From: Spirochaetia bacterium
GTDB lineage: Bacteria; Spirochaetota; Spirochaetia; CADAEX01
Direction: 5' to 3'
DNA: 24,000 bases
Assembly: GCA_963662795.1 (NCBI GenBank)
Contig: OY759746.1
Coordinates: 350,331 to 374,330, forward strand
The position numbers and the translations under genes were made by a program. The notes under the pieces were generated by a model. It did not search any database. It was not told where the DNA came from and was given only the letters and a program-made list of their open reading frames with translations. The first letter of the stretch is position 1. Every line of letters starts with the position of its first letter. Below are positions 15,277 through 23,689 of this stretch, in pieces.

Positions 15277-16194
15277 ATGAAAATGAAGGAGACAGAAGCT
15301 CGTTCTCAGATTTTCCTCTGGCTAAAAGAAAAATCCAGAGAAAATTTTGGTGTGTTCTCCTGGCAGGATCTCAAAGACGGATTTTCCTACCAGGGACAAC
15401 GAATTACACTGATCGGTCAAAAGGGAATCTGGAAACCCAAAGAATTTACATTACCGATTTCAATTATGTCTGCAATGAATAGTCCATATAAGGATGGAGA
15501 TACCTCTGATGGATTATTTGAATACAAATATAGAGGTAATGATCCAAATCATGGCGATAATATTTTATTACGAGAATTAATGAGAACAAGAACTCCTTTA
15601 ATATATTTAGAACAGATCAAATCAGGAAAATATAATGTTGTTTGGCCGGTGTTTATTATTAATAATTTCACCTCTGAACTATCTGTACACGTGGCTGTTG
15701 ATCCGGCATATATCATTAATTCCAATAATATCTTTTCCGATGATAAGTATTTCTTGGAAAACGATAATTCTGCTCTTAGTATTCGAAAATACATCACCGC
15801 ACAAACACAAGTGAGGCTTCACCAGACGGCATTCCGGGAAATTATCCTGGATGCCTATAGCAGGCAATGCACATTATGTCGGTTGCAACACCCCGAATTA
15901 CTGGATGCCGCGCATATTACACCCGATTCAGACGAAAGAGGCGTCCCGGTGGTTACCAACGGACTTTCCTTATGTAAAATACATCATGCCGCCTATGATA
16001 AAAACATAATAGGGATTTCACCAGATTATAAAATTAAGGTTCGGGAAGATATTCTTCATGAAATAGATGGTCCCATGCTAAAATACGGTCTGCAATCTCT
16101 GGAGGGAGGCAGTTTAATTCTGCCTCTAAAAAAGAAAGAACAGCCGGACAGAGACAGATTGTCGGAACGATATCGCCTGTTTATTTCTGCATGA
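15277..16194 (+). CDS. HNH endonuclease of the COG3440 type (predicted restriction endonuclease) with an N-terminal putative DNA-reader domain
   Basis: C-terminal half: RLHQTAFREIILDAYSRQCTLCRLQHPELLDAAHITPDSDERGVPVVTNGLSLCKIHHAAYDKNIIGISPDY. The N-terminal 170 aa (IWKPK...YKYRGNDPNHGDNILLRELMRTRTPLIYLEQI...Y.VVWPVFI) resembles SRA/PUA-like modified-DNA readers. An alternative ATG is at 15283. Confidence 0.75.
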   Translation: MKMKETEARSQIFLWLKEKSRENFGVFSWQDLKDGFSYQGQRITLIGQKGIWKPKEFTLPISIMSAMNSPYKDGDTSDGLFEYKYRGNDPNHGDNILLRELMRTRTPLIYLEQIKSGKYNVVWPVFIINNFTSELSVHVAVDPAYIINSNNIFSDDKYFLENDNSALSIRKYITAQTQVRLHQTAFREIILDAYSRQCTLCRLQHPELLDAAHITPDSDERGVPVVTNGLSLCKIHHAAYDKNIIGISPDYKIKVREDILHEIDGPMLKYGLQSLEGGSLILPLKKKEQPDRDRLSERYRLFISA

Positions 16195-16364
16195 TTTATT
16201 ATATTCTCATATTTTCTTTTTACGGAATAGCTAATAGAAAAATGTAATTTCACATGGTCTGAAGTAGAGTGAAGACAAATTACTATTTCCAAACGACTGG
16301 ATTCCTTTCCTCTCATTATCTATTCTATTAAAAAGGAAAATGTGGTGTTTTTATGAACTACGTT

Positions 16365-16390
16365 AAAACTGTCAGTATCTATTCTGACAC
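16365..16390 (-). terminator. Rho-independent terminator of the GNAT-M20 operon
   Basis: On the minus strand: tgtcag-aatagata-ctgaca followed by GTTTT, about 30 nt after the stop at 16422. Confidence 0.55.
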
Positions 16391-16421
16391 ATTCTTCCGG
16401 GCTCAGCATATTATTTCAACT

Positions 16422-17522
16422 TTATCTACTCAATTCCCTTAAAATCCTGGTGTAGATTTCTGCTGCAGCGCAGACCTGATCAAACTCCACACACTCGTCT
16501 TTGGTGTGAGCCCTCTCAAGCTGGCCGGGACCCAGTATAATCGGCAGGCAGCCTGCATCTCTTAAGAGGTTGGCATCTGAATGACTTTTAAACGCCATTG
16601 GATTCCATTCTCTTTCAAGTGTTTGAAAAATCCGCTTTAAGAGCTGGGGGAATGCTTCTTCCGGTGACATCACAAACCCGTCGGCAAGGGTCGGAAACTC
16701 AAGCTCATATTTAGACGCAGGGCTTGCAGAAAGTTTTTCATCAATAAAGGTTCGCAGTTCATCCGCGAATACACGGGAGGAAACACCGGGGGGAATGTGC
16801 AGGTCAACTGCTGCGGCGCAGCGGTCAGGAACTGCAAACCCTGATTCCGAACTGTGCAGATCGCGGATATTAAGTACTGTTTTAACCTCAAGGCTTTCTA
16901 TCCGGTCTTCCAGCTCTATCAAAAACCGCAGCATGGCGTGAATGGCGTTGGTTTCCCGGTCTGACATGGCAGCATGCCTGCGGTATCCGAAAGCGTGGAC
17001 AAGCACTTCCACATAGCCGTAATGTTCCATACAGGGCTGCAGACCGGTAGGCTCTGCCACAAGGGCGGTTTTGAAAGAGCAAGCCTTAAGCAGAGCCTGT
17101 GTACCGTCGCCGGTTTCCTCCTCGCCGACCACCAGAGCCAGTAGCACGTTATCCGGCAGAACCCCAAGTTCCACCGCAGACATAAAAGCCTCTATCATGG
17201 CGGCGCAGCCGCTTTTCATATCAGAGGTGCCGAGCCCGCGGCAAAGGCCGTTATGGTCTGAAAAACCGTAATGCTCTATGTCATAGGCAGGCACCGTGTC
17301 GATATGGCCGAGGAACAGTGTATCCTGATTGCCTGAGTCTGATGAAATGAGCAGGTTCGAACGCGACTCATCAACCGGCTGCCGTTCGACTGAAAGACCG
17401 GTCACCATCAGAATATTTTCGAGGAAATCAGTAAGCTCCTCCTCTTTGCCTGAAGGGCTGTAGAAGTCGACCATATTCTGAAACAGGGCATAAAGCCGCT
17501 TGGTGTTGACGGAGTATGCCAT
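16422..17522 (-). CDS. M20-family metallopeptidase or deacylase (ArgE/DapE-like), canonical active site
   Basis: LFLGHIDTVP, GLGTSDMKSG, VVGEEETGDG and the C-terminal RAHTKDE are all present. Confidence 0.8.
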   Translation of the reverse strand: MAYSVNTKRLYALFQNMVDFYSPSGKEEELTDFLENILMVTGLSVERQPVDESRSNLLISSDSGNQDTLFLGHIDTVPAYDIEHYGFSDHNGLCRGLGTSDMKSGCAAMIEAFMSAVELGVLPDNVLLALVVGEEETGDGTQALLKACSFKTALVAEPTGLQPCMEHYGYVEVLVHAFGYRRHAAMSDRETNAIHAMLRFLIELEDRIESLEVKTVLNIRDLHSSESGFAVPDRCAAAVDLHIPPGVSSRVFADELRTFIDEKLSASPASKYELEFPTLADGFVMSPEEAFPQLLKRIFQTLEREWNPMAFKSHSDANLLRDAGCLPIILGPGQLERAHTKDECVEFDQVCAAAEIYTRILRELSR

Positions 17523-17525
17523 GCC

Positions 17526-17999
17526 CTATTCTTCCTTTTTAAGGTTCATCGTCATGTAGACATGCTCTGTCGGGTTTTCAAACCCTTTGCGCCGGAAAAA
17601 CTTAATGGCAGGCTCGTTATCGGCCTGTGTGTCGACTATCAGCATACGAATCCCTTCAGCTTCCATGAGTTCACGGAAGCGTTCAAACAAAAGGCTTCCG
17701 ATTTTCATGCGGGCATAGTCCGGGTCAACGCCCAGCCACAGCAGGTGGCCGTAGTTCCAGGCCGTGCGGGCCTTTTCGACAATTGTGCCCATGGCAAACC
17801 CGACGACCTGTTCTTTGTACTCTGCGACAAGAACAAACTCTGTTTCGCTGTTGAAAAGATGGGTTACCTCATATTCATCCCATGTACGGTAAAGGTTTGA
17901 AAATTCCCCGGAGGTAAATACTTTTTCTCCCAGATGAAAGATCGCGGCAAGATCATCTATGGTCGCTGTCCTGATTTCTATTTTACGTTCAATACCCAT
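17526..17999 (-). CDS. GNAT-family N-acetyltransferase
   Basis: The ATG at 17999 is preceded by GGAGGAG. The acetyl-CoA-binding region is LLWLGVDPDYARMKIGSLL...NEPAIKFFRRKGF. The stop lies 3 nt before the M20 start, which indicates an operon. Confidence 0.8.
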   Translation of the reverse strand: MGIERKIEIRTATIDDLAAIFHLGEKVFTSGEFSNLYRTWDEYEVTHLFNSETEFVLVAEYKEQVVGFAMGTIVEKARTAWNYGHLLWLGVDPDYARMKIGSLLFERFRELMEAEGIRMLIVDTQADNEPAIKFFRRKGFENPTEHVYMTMNLKKEE

Positions 18000-18145
18000 T
18001 TTCACTCCTCCCAGTCCGGTTCCAGGCTGCGCTCCTGCATAGAATGGTTTCATTTTTTGTATAACCTAAAAAGGTATTGATTCATTAAGTCATCTACTGC
18101 AGTAAGAATAAAATTTCTCTATATTCTTATTTTCATTTATCTTTT

Positions 18146-18481
18146 TTATACTTTTACAAGATGTATCTCATCCTCCAAAGCTTTTTCCACAAATTTATTG
18201 ATCGATAGATTCATCTTTTTTGCTGTTATTGCTACTTCCCGATGCAGCTCCGGAGATAATCTTAAATTAAATTTTCCGGAATATGGTTTTTCAGGATTAA
18301 CCCCTTCTTCTTTACACCATCCCAGATATTCATCTATTGATTCCGTAAATGCGCTTTCTAATTCATCAACTGTTTTTCCCTGAAATGTGATTACATCTTT
18401 TGTATTAATTATTTCACCGTGAAATATTTTAGCAATATCATCAAATTCAACATTTCCTATATAACCCTTGTATTCCATCAT
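18146..18481 (-). CDS. hicB: HicB-family antitoxin
   Basis: YKGYIGNVEFDDIAKIFHGEIINTKDVITFQGKTVDELESAF...YSGKFNLRLSPELHREVAITAKKMNLSINKFV, which covers a HicB N-terminal domain and a RHH-like C-terminus. The start overlaps the upstream toxin stop by 4 nt. Confidence 0.8.
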   Translation of the reverse strand: MMEYKGYIGNVEFDDIAKIFHGEIINTKDVITFQGKTVDELESAFTESIDEYLGWCKEEGVNPEKPYSGKFNLRLSPELHREVAITAKKMNLSINKFVEKALEDEIHLVKV

Positions 18482-18732
18482 GGCTTTACTCCTGCATTTT
18501 CTAAAAATCTCCTCATTGATTTCACTGAACCTTTATCCATCTCTTTTTGCGGATGCGGTCTATGAAATACAGCGCGAATCCCATTTAGCTTGATTCTGAC
18601 CCTTGAACCATTTCCTTCTGAAATATCAGCACCCAAAAAGAATAGAAGTGATTCAATATCAGACCAGTTTATGTTTGATGGGGACGGATTTATGAATATT
18701 TCATCTAAAGTCTTCTGATGTTTTTTATTCAT
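18478..18732 (-). CDS. hicA: HicA-family mRNA-interferase toxin
   Basis: KTLDEIFINP...INWSDIESLLFFLGA...GNGSRVRIKLNGIRAVFHRPHPQKEMDKGSVKSMRRFLENAGV. The start at M7 (18732) is preferred over 18750. Confidence 0.75.
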   Translation of the reverse strand: MNKKHQKTLDEIFINPSPSNINWSDIESLLFFLGADISEGNGSRVRIKLNGIRAVFHRPHPQKEMDKGSVKSMRRFLENAGVKP

Positions 18733-18832
18733 AATTAATAGTACTATCACGCAGTACCAGTGTCAAGGATTTAAATTATTCTAAATTCTCTGGAACATAT
18801 TTTGCATATCAGTTTTGAGTCACTGCGACAGT

Positions 18833-19819
18833 TTACAACAGCGATTCCCGGATCTCTTCAAGCTGATTTTTAAGGTCAAGGATCTCATTCTCCCAGAAAT
18901 TATCCGACCCCCACTGCGGAAAATTTGTCCTGAACTGCAGATCATCATACTGCCGCGCGCACCATGCGAGGAAGTATATCATTCTCATTACCCTTAAGGG
19001 TTCAATCAGCCTGGATGAATTATGATCGAAGGGATGGAACTGCTCATATCCTTGGACAAGAAGATTGAATTCCCTGCGCGATTCTGCAAAGCTGCCTGAA
19101 AGAAGTAGCCATAAATCATGGACAGCAGGGCCCATGGCCATATCATCAAAATCAATTATCATAAGCTGATTGTTTCCGTCCCGGTCCGGCCTGCAGAGTA
19201 TATTTCCGGTATGACAGTCTCCATGGATCCTCTGCACCGGTGTATCCGAAAACAACGGGACAATCAGAGCCAGTATTTCATTTGTTGTTTTTTTGAAATC
19301 TGTTTTAAAGCTTCCCTGCATAAATGGCCCGCCCAGAAGTTCGTCAATATCATTCCGTGTTGAATCAGACGGATCAAGCACTATCCTGTGACTGCTGTTT
19401 CTCTTTCTGCCTGCGGCATGAATCCGTCCCAGTAAAGAACCGGCCCTGAGAAAATCCTCATCACAGTTAAGCTCAAACATTCTCCCTGATTTTTTGGGAA
19501 ATAGGGTGAAAAAAAATCCATTGCTCCTGCCGAGAGTATCACCATTGGAAAGCCTTAAAGGGTTTACAACCGGGATTTCACTTTCAGCACAGTCATGAAT
19601 AAAGGCATGCTCTTCCCTGAGCGCCTCTTCGCTCCAGCGGCCCGGGCGGTAAAATTTCGCGACAAGCCTCTCCCCCTCTTCGGTTTCAATTTCATAAACA
19701 CGGTTAATATAGCTTGGAAACGGAGAAATCAATCCTGTAAGTTTAAATCCGGAGGACTCCTCTACGGCCTGGTGTACCGCATCCGGGGTAAGATCCGAGA
19801 ATTCTGATTTGATATTCAT
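18833..19819 (-). CDS. srkA: Stress-response Ser/Thr kinase SrkA (YihE/RdoA) family
   Basis: Collinear with my recollection of E. coli YihE: SYINRVYEIETEEGERLVAKFYRPGRWS, RIHGDCHTGNIL, IIDFDDMAMGPAVHDLWLLL, LIEPLRVMRMIYFLAW. Confidence 0.8.
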   Translation of the reverse strand: MNIKSEFSDLTPDAVHQAVEESSGFKLTGLISPFPSYINRVYEIETEEGERLVAKFYRPGRWSEEALREEHAFIHDCAESEIPVVNPLRLSNGDTLGRSNGFFFTLFPKKSGRMFELNCDEDFLRAGSLLGRIHAAGRKRNSSHRIVLDPSDSTRNDIDELLGGPFMQGSFKTDFKKTTNEILALIVPLFSDTPVQRIHGDCHTGNILCRPDRDGNNQLMIIDFDDMAMGPAVHDLWLLLSGSFAESRREFNLLVQGYEQFHPFDHNSSRLIEPLRVMRMIYFLAWCARQYDDLQFRTNFPQWGSDNFWENEILDLKNQLEEIRESLL

Positions 19820-20186
19820 TGGTGGATGATAAACCAATTATAGTTCTGAGGCAATGTGCTTTTATATCTGTAAGCAGACATTACCAGCGGCAGTCGTAAA
19901 ATAAGAAAACCGAAAAATAGAAATAAACACGATCTAAAAGCAAAAAAAATGCATCTGAACTTGAAAGAAATAAAGTAAATCTTCTGAACTATATTATAAT
20001 ACCTCATTTAAATTATTGGAAGATACGTTTACTGATGGGAGCTGTTATTTTTCACGGATAAATATTACAAGCAGAATTTAAAACAGAAGCCTTCAGGCGC
20101 TTTATTTCAGCCGGCCGGCAAGTAATCATTGCTTCTTTGAAATAAAAAAAGTTGATTTTTATATCATATTATTATAGTATGCTATA

Positions 20187-20269
20187 AGAAGATCAGACCT
20201 GTGTCGGGCCGTTTTCGGCAACAGCATTCCGCTGTGGGACTTCAAACATTAATTCAGCGGAGTACTTTT
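20187..20269 (+). promoter_or_regulatory. Structured 5-prime leader of the CDF transporter gene with mutually exclusive hairpins; candidate metal riboswitch or attenuator
   Basis: Putative promoter TTGATT (20152-20157), 17-nt spacer, TAGTAT (20175-20180). Leader hairpins are gccg-tttt-cggc (20208-20219) and acagc-attcc-gctgt (20221-20235). The alternative pairing tccgctg (20228-20234) with cagcgga (20255-20261) sequesters the GGAG RBS (20259-20262). Confidence 0.3.
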
Positions 20270-21166
20270 ATGCTTAGTCAGAATGATCGTTCAGCGCTCG
20301 CCAACAGGGTCATAATTTCCGGTTCAATCATAAATCTCATCTTAATGATTTTCAAGCTTTACGCCGGTATAATCGGAAGAAGTTCAGCAATGATCGCGGA
20401 CGCTGTACACTCGATGTCGGATTTTGTAACTGACATTGTTGTGCTTGCAAGCTTCTGGATTACAAAAAAACCTGAAGATAAAACACATGATTACGGTCAC
20501 GGCAAATTTGAAACCCTTGCTACCCTGATTGTTGGGATCGCGTTATTCACTGTCGCGTCAGGTATCGGCTACAATGGACTTATAAATGTAATTGATTTCA
20601 TCAGCGGCAGAAAAATTGAAAAACCCGGAGTACCCGCACTGATAGCTGCGGTTATTTCGATTATTACAAAGGAACTGCTTTACAGGTGGACTTTCAATAC
20701 CGGGGTGAAAATCAACAGTCAGGCAGTTATAGCCAACGCCTGGCATCATCGGTCAGACGCGTTTTCCTCAATAGGAACATGCATTGGCATATCAGGCGCG
20801 ATTTTATTAGGCGAAAAATGGCATATCCTTGATCCGGTAGCGGGTATAATTGTTTCATTTTTTATACTGAAAGTAGCAGTTGAAATATTTTTAAAAAGTA
20901 TTAATGAACTTCTGGAATGCTCACTGAGTGAAAAAGAAAAGCAGGAGATTTTAAATTTGATTAAAAGTGTCAGGCACGCGCATGACCCGCATAAATTGAA
21001 AACGAGAAGGATTGGCAATAATATTTCTCTGGATTTTCACATCAGGATAGATCCTGACATGAAAATTACAGAGGGCCATGAAATAGCGACAATTATAGAA
21101 AATACCATAAGAGAAAAGTACGGGTCAGGCACTTTTATATCAATTCATATTGAACCCGGCAGGTGA
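20270..21166 (+). CDS. Cation diffusion facilitator (CDF) family divalent-metal efflux transporter
   Basis: IINLILMIFKLYAGIIGRSSAMIADAVHSMSDFVTD, HDYGHGKFE and AWHHRSDAFSS carry the CDF metal-site H/D residues in TM2 and TM5. The C-terminal cytoplasmic domain is IHIEPG. The GTG start at 20201 in the ORF track is rejected. Confidence 0.85.
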   Translation: MLSQNDRSALANRVIISGSIINLILMIFKLYAGIIGRSSAMIADAVHSMSDFVTDIVVLASFWITKKPEDKTHDYGHGKFETLATLIVGIALFTVASGIGYNGLINVIDFISGRKIEKPGVPALIAAVISIITKELLYRWTFNTGVKINSQAVIANAWHHRSDAFSSIGTCIGISGAILLGEKWHILDPVAGIIVSFFILKVAVEIFLKSINELLECSLSEKEKQEILNLIKSVRHAHDPHKLKTRRIGNNISLDFHIRIDPDMKITEGHEIATIIENTIREKYGSGTFISIHIEPGR

Positions 21167-21246
21167 ATGTATACACTCTCTTTATGATTGATCCCCTGCG
21201 GCTTTATACCGCGAAATTCTGCAATTACTCGGCCGGCGGAATACCT

Positions 21247-22032
21247 CTATGCCAGGCCGGACAATGCAATTCCAATTCCATAAGCCGCGCCTGCTGCCAG
21301 GCCGCCGACTATGAGCATCTCAAAGCCTGATTTGATCCAGTTTTGCCCGGTAAAAAATGTCTTTATAGCGCCAAGCGTAAACAGTGTTACACCTGTCAGT
21401 GCAGTTGCGACAGGAAACCCGAGTTCCGGGTTCACAGGAAAGATACGGGACGCTAAAAAAGACAGGAGGGGGACAACTCCAAAAAGCGCGAAAGCGAAAA
21501 AGGTCGCAAGGGCATTTTTAAGGGGAGAGCCCTCTTCCTTTACAATACCCAGCTCCTCTGCCATCATTATATTTACCCATGCATCCTGATGCTTTGAGAT
21601 TATTTCGGTAACAGCGTGCGCATCTGCTTCACTCATACCCAGTTCAGTATATATTTCCTCAAGTTCCTTTTTTTCACCTTCAGGATAATTCTCAACTTCC
21701 CATTTTTCCCGTTCATATTCCGCCCGGTTGTAATCCCGTTCAGCTTTCGAACTCAGGAAATCGCCTATAGCCATGGATAATCCGTCGCCTATAAGGTTGG
21801 CGAACCCGAGAATCAATACTATTCCGGCTGAAAGTGACGCACCTGCGACCCCGGCCACTACGGCGAAGGTTGTAATAATTCCGTCAAGTCCGCCGTAAAC
21901 TACACTCTTTATATATTTACCCTGTTCTGTTGTATGCAGTTCAGTGGCTGAAGCCTGATGTGCATTAATACTTGCTTCCTTGCTCTTGTTTTTATAGGCT
22001 TCTTTTGCCTTTTCAAGGTCCCTGCTCAGCAT
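21247..22032 (-). CDS. VIT1/CCC1-family iron/manganese transporter
   Basis: AGGAG RBS. VVYGGLDGIITTFAVVAGVAGA and ANLIGDGLSMAIGDFLSSKAE, then a Glu-rich cytoplasmic metal-binding helix region (EYEREKWEVENYPEGEKKELEEIY) and C-terminal transmembrane helices. Confidence 0.85.
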   Translation of the reverse strand: MLSRDLEKAKEAYKNKSKEASINAHQASATELHTTEQGKYIKSVVYGGLDGIITTFAVVAGVAGASLSAGIVLILGFANLIGDGLSMAIGDFLSSKAERDYNRAEYEREKWEVENYPEGEKKELEEIYTELGMSEADAHAVTEIISKHQDAWVNIMMAEELGIVKEEGSPLKNALATFFAFALFGVVPLLSFLASRIFPVNPELGFPVATALTGVTLFTLGAIKTFFTGQNWIKSGFEMLIVGGLAAGAAYGIGIALSGLA

Positions 22033-22155
22033 AATCCACTCCTGATCAAGACTTTACCCTTTATAAAGAATTATGCCAATGGATATGTTTATGCCGGGAG
22101 GACAGTTTCCGCATGGTAAATCATGTACAGCTGCCGCATCAGATTACATACCACG

Positions 22156-22181
22156 GCTGAGATCTGTATTCAAATCTCAGC
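22156..22181 (-). terminator. Hairpin after the GH130-like gene; possible terminator
   Basis: An 8-bp stem gctgagat/atctcagc with a 10-nt loop, 12 nt after the stop at 22193. There is no U-tract. Confidence 0.35.
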
Positions 22182-22192
22182 ATTCTTTCAGT

Positions 22193-23689
22193 TTACAGTT
22201 TCATTGCACCAAGCAGTTCATCCAGATTTACTGAGGCAAAACTCGAAGAATAGTCGCTCATCGCATAAGGGATGATGAGCTCAGATCCGTGAAGAATTGC
22301 CCCGCAGGTGTAGACAACATTTGGAACATAGCCTTCCCGCTCGGATTCGTTAGGCTCTATAAGCGGCTCCTTCAGACGTCCAATAACTTTTGAAGGATCT
22401 TTAAGATCCAGAAGAAAAGCGCCAAGGCAGTATCTGCGCATCGCACCTACTCCGTGGCTTAATACCAGCCAGCCTTTGTCTGTCTCGATAGGAGATCCGC
22501 ATGTGCCGATTTTTATCATTTCCCAGGGCTGCTGCGGCTTCAGAAGAAGTTTCGGCTGCTGCCAGAAATGGATATTATCCGAATACATCAGGAGTATGTT
22601 TTCATCATCCTGCCTCGAGAGCATTGCGTACTTCCCGTTTATTTTACGGGGAAACAGCGCCATTCCCTTATTCTGAACAGCAGGGCCGTTTAGTGTAATA
22701 AACTTGAAATTAATAAAATCCTTTGTCTCAAGCAGCTGAGGCAGGGTAATTTTCCCGTCATAAGCTGTATAAGTAGCATAATAAGTAAAGCTGCCGCCGC
22801 TCTCCTGAAATTTGACAAATCTTGCATCTTCAATACCGTTGCTCTGGCTTGACATTGAAGGGAAAAGAATACGCTGGGAAACATGGGTACCGGGATCAAA
22901 ATTAACCTCAAAATTGGACTCTGCAAGAAGAAGAATACCCTGGACAGCCCTGTCCGCCATAATATCAACCTGGCTCATTTTTTTTCTCTCATCATCAAGT
23001 ATCCTGCGAAGATCTGAAAGAGAAAACTCCCCGGGAAGGTTTCCAGCCGTACGTCTGCAGAAATTACTGTGAAGACCCGCCTCCTGCAGTTTGCGTGTAA
23101 ACAGCTCCTTCTCAAAAACCGTATCTACAACACCTTCAGGCTCTGCAATAAAAGGCACATGGGGAGAAAGGATAATACGGTGCTGCGCATTCACAGTACC
23201 TGTTCTGAAAGTTATGGATGAGATATGCCCTTCCCCTACGGCCCTTAAGCTTAAAATAAAACGGACTGACTCCGGAGGAAGATTGCTCTGGTCAGGATGC
23301 GCCACAATTGAAGGATTGAAAAGGGCCGCGGCTTCCGGTGAATACTCGTGTGTAAAATATGCTCCGATAAGAGCTTTTTTCACATCTGACGGATCTCCTG
23401 CCTTACCCATGTATTTCAGTTTTACCTGCAGATATCGGTTATCCAGAGTATTTTCAACATTCTCATGACGTCCGCAGAAATCACCCAGGACCTCTTTAAG
23501 AAGGACTGCGGCTTCTGCTTCGGGAAGCCCCATTACATACTCAATTATTCGGGAAGCTATATCCTTCCGTACCGGAAAAAAAGGACGCATAAGCACCCTT
23601 GTGATATCAGGATTAATTGTAGGCCCGATACGTTTGGCATGCAGATTTTTCTGAGTTGAATAATTATCATTTTCTTTTTTTATTTTCAT
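22193..23689 (-). CDS. GH130-family glycoside phosphorylase/hydrolase-like protein with a roughly 190-aa N-terminal extension
   Basis: The C-terminal 300 aa show GH130 five-bladed propeller signatures: GIEDARFV, YYATYTAYDG, NKGMALFPRKINGKYAMLSR, GWLVLSHGVG, YCLGAFLLDLKDPSKVIGR, EREGYVPNVVYTCG, IIPYAMSD. Confidence 0.7.
   Translation of the reverse strand: MKIKKENDNYSTQKNLHAKRIGPTINPDITRVLMRPFFPVRKDIASRIIEYVMGLPEAEAAVLLKEVLGDFCGRHENVENTLDNRYLQVKLKYMGKAGDPSDVKKALIGAYFTHEYSPEAAALFNPSIVAHPDQSNLPPESVRFILSLRAVGEGHISSITFRTGTVNAQHRIILSPHVPFIAEPEGVVDTVFEKELFTRKLQEAGLHSNFCRRTAGNLPGEFSLSDLRRILDDERKKMSQVDIMADRAVQGILLLAESNFEVNFDPGTHVSQRILFPSMSSQSNGIEDARFVKFQESGGSFTYYATYTAYDGKITLPQLLETKDFINFKFITLNGPAVQNKGMALFPRKINGKYAMLSRQDDENILLMYSDNIHFWQQPKLLLKPQQPWEMIKIGTCGSPIETDKGWLVLSHGVGAMRRYCLGAFLLDLKDPSKVIGRLKEPLIEPNESEREGYVPNVVYTCGAILHGSELIIPYAMSDYSSSFASVNLDELLGAMKL

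Noticed and set aside
15246-15482. A 78-aa ORF overlapping the 5-prime end of the HNH gene
   Set aside because: It lies in a different frame from a 305-aa ORF with clear HNH homology, and nothing independently supports it.
16670-17271. Several ORFs of 64-82 aa within or antisense to the canonical M20 gene
   Set aside because: They are nested in a well-supported 366-aa M20 ORF, and they arise from the higher GC of this segment, which leaves alternative frames free of stop codons.
19816-20007. A 63-aa ORF in the AT-rich intergenic region upstream of srkA
   Set aside because: It has a Phe/Ile/Arg-rich low-complexity translation typical of AT-rich non-coding DNA, no RBS, and it overlaps the srkA start.
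20201-20269. GTG start at 20201 for the CDF transporter
   Set aside because: The extra 23 residues (MSGRFRQQHSAVGLQ...) are not CDF-like, and the stretch folds into the leader hairpins. The ATG at 20270 has a GGAG RBS and gives a normal CDF N-terminus.
22033-22155. A possible Mn (yybP-ykoY) riboswitch upstream of the VIT1 gene
   Set aside because: I read the minus-strand leader and found neither the conserved GGGGAGUAG-type block nor a four-helix arrangement. Only an AGGAG RBS is present.
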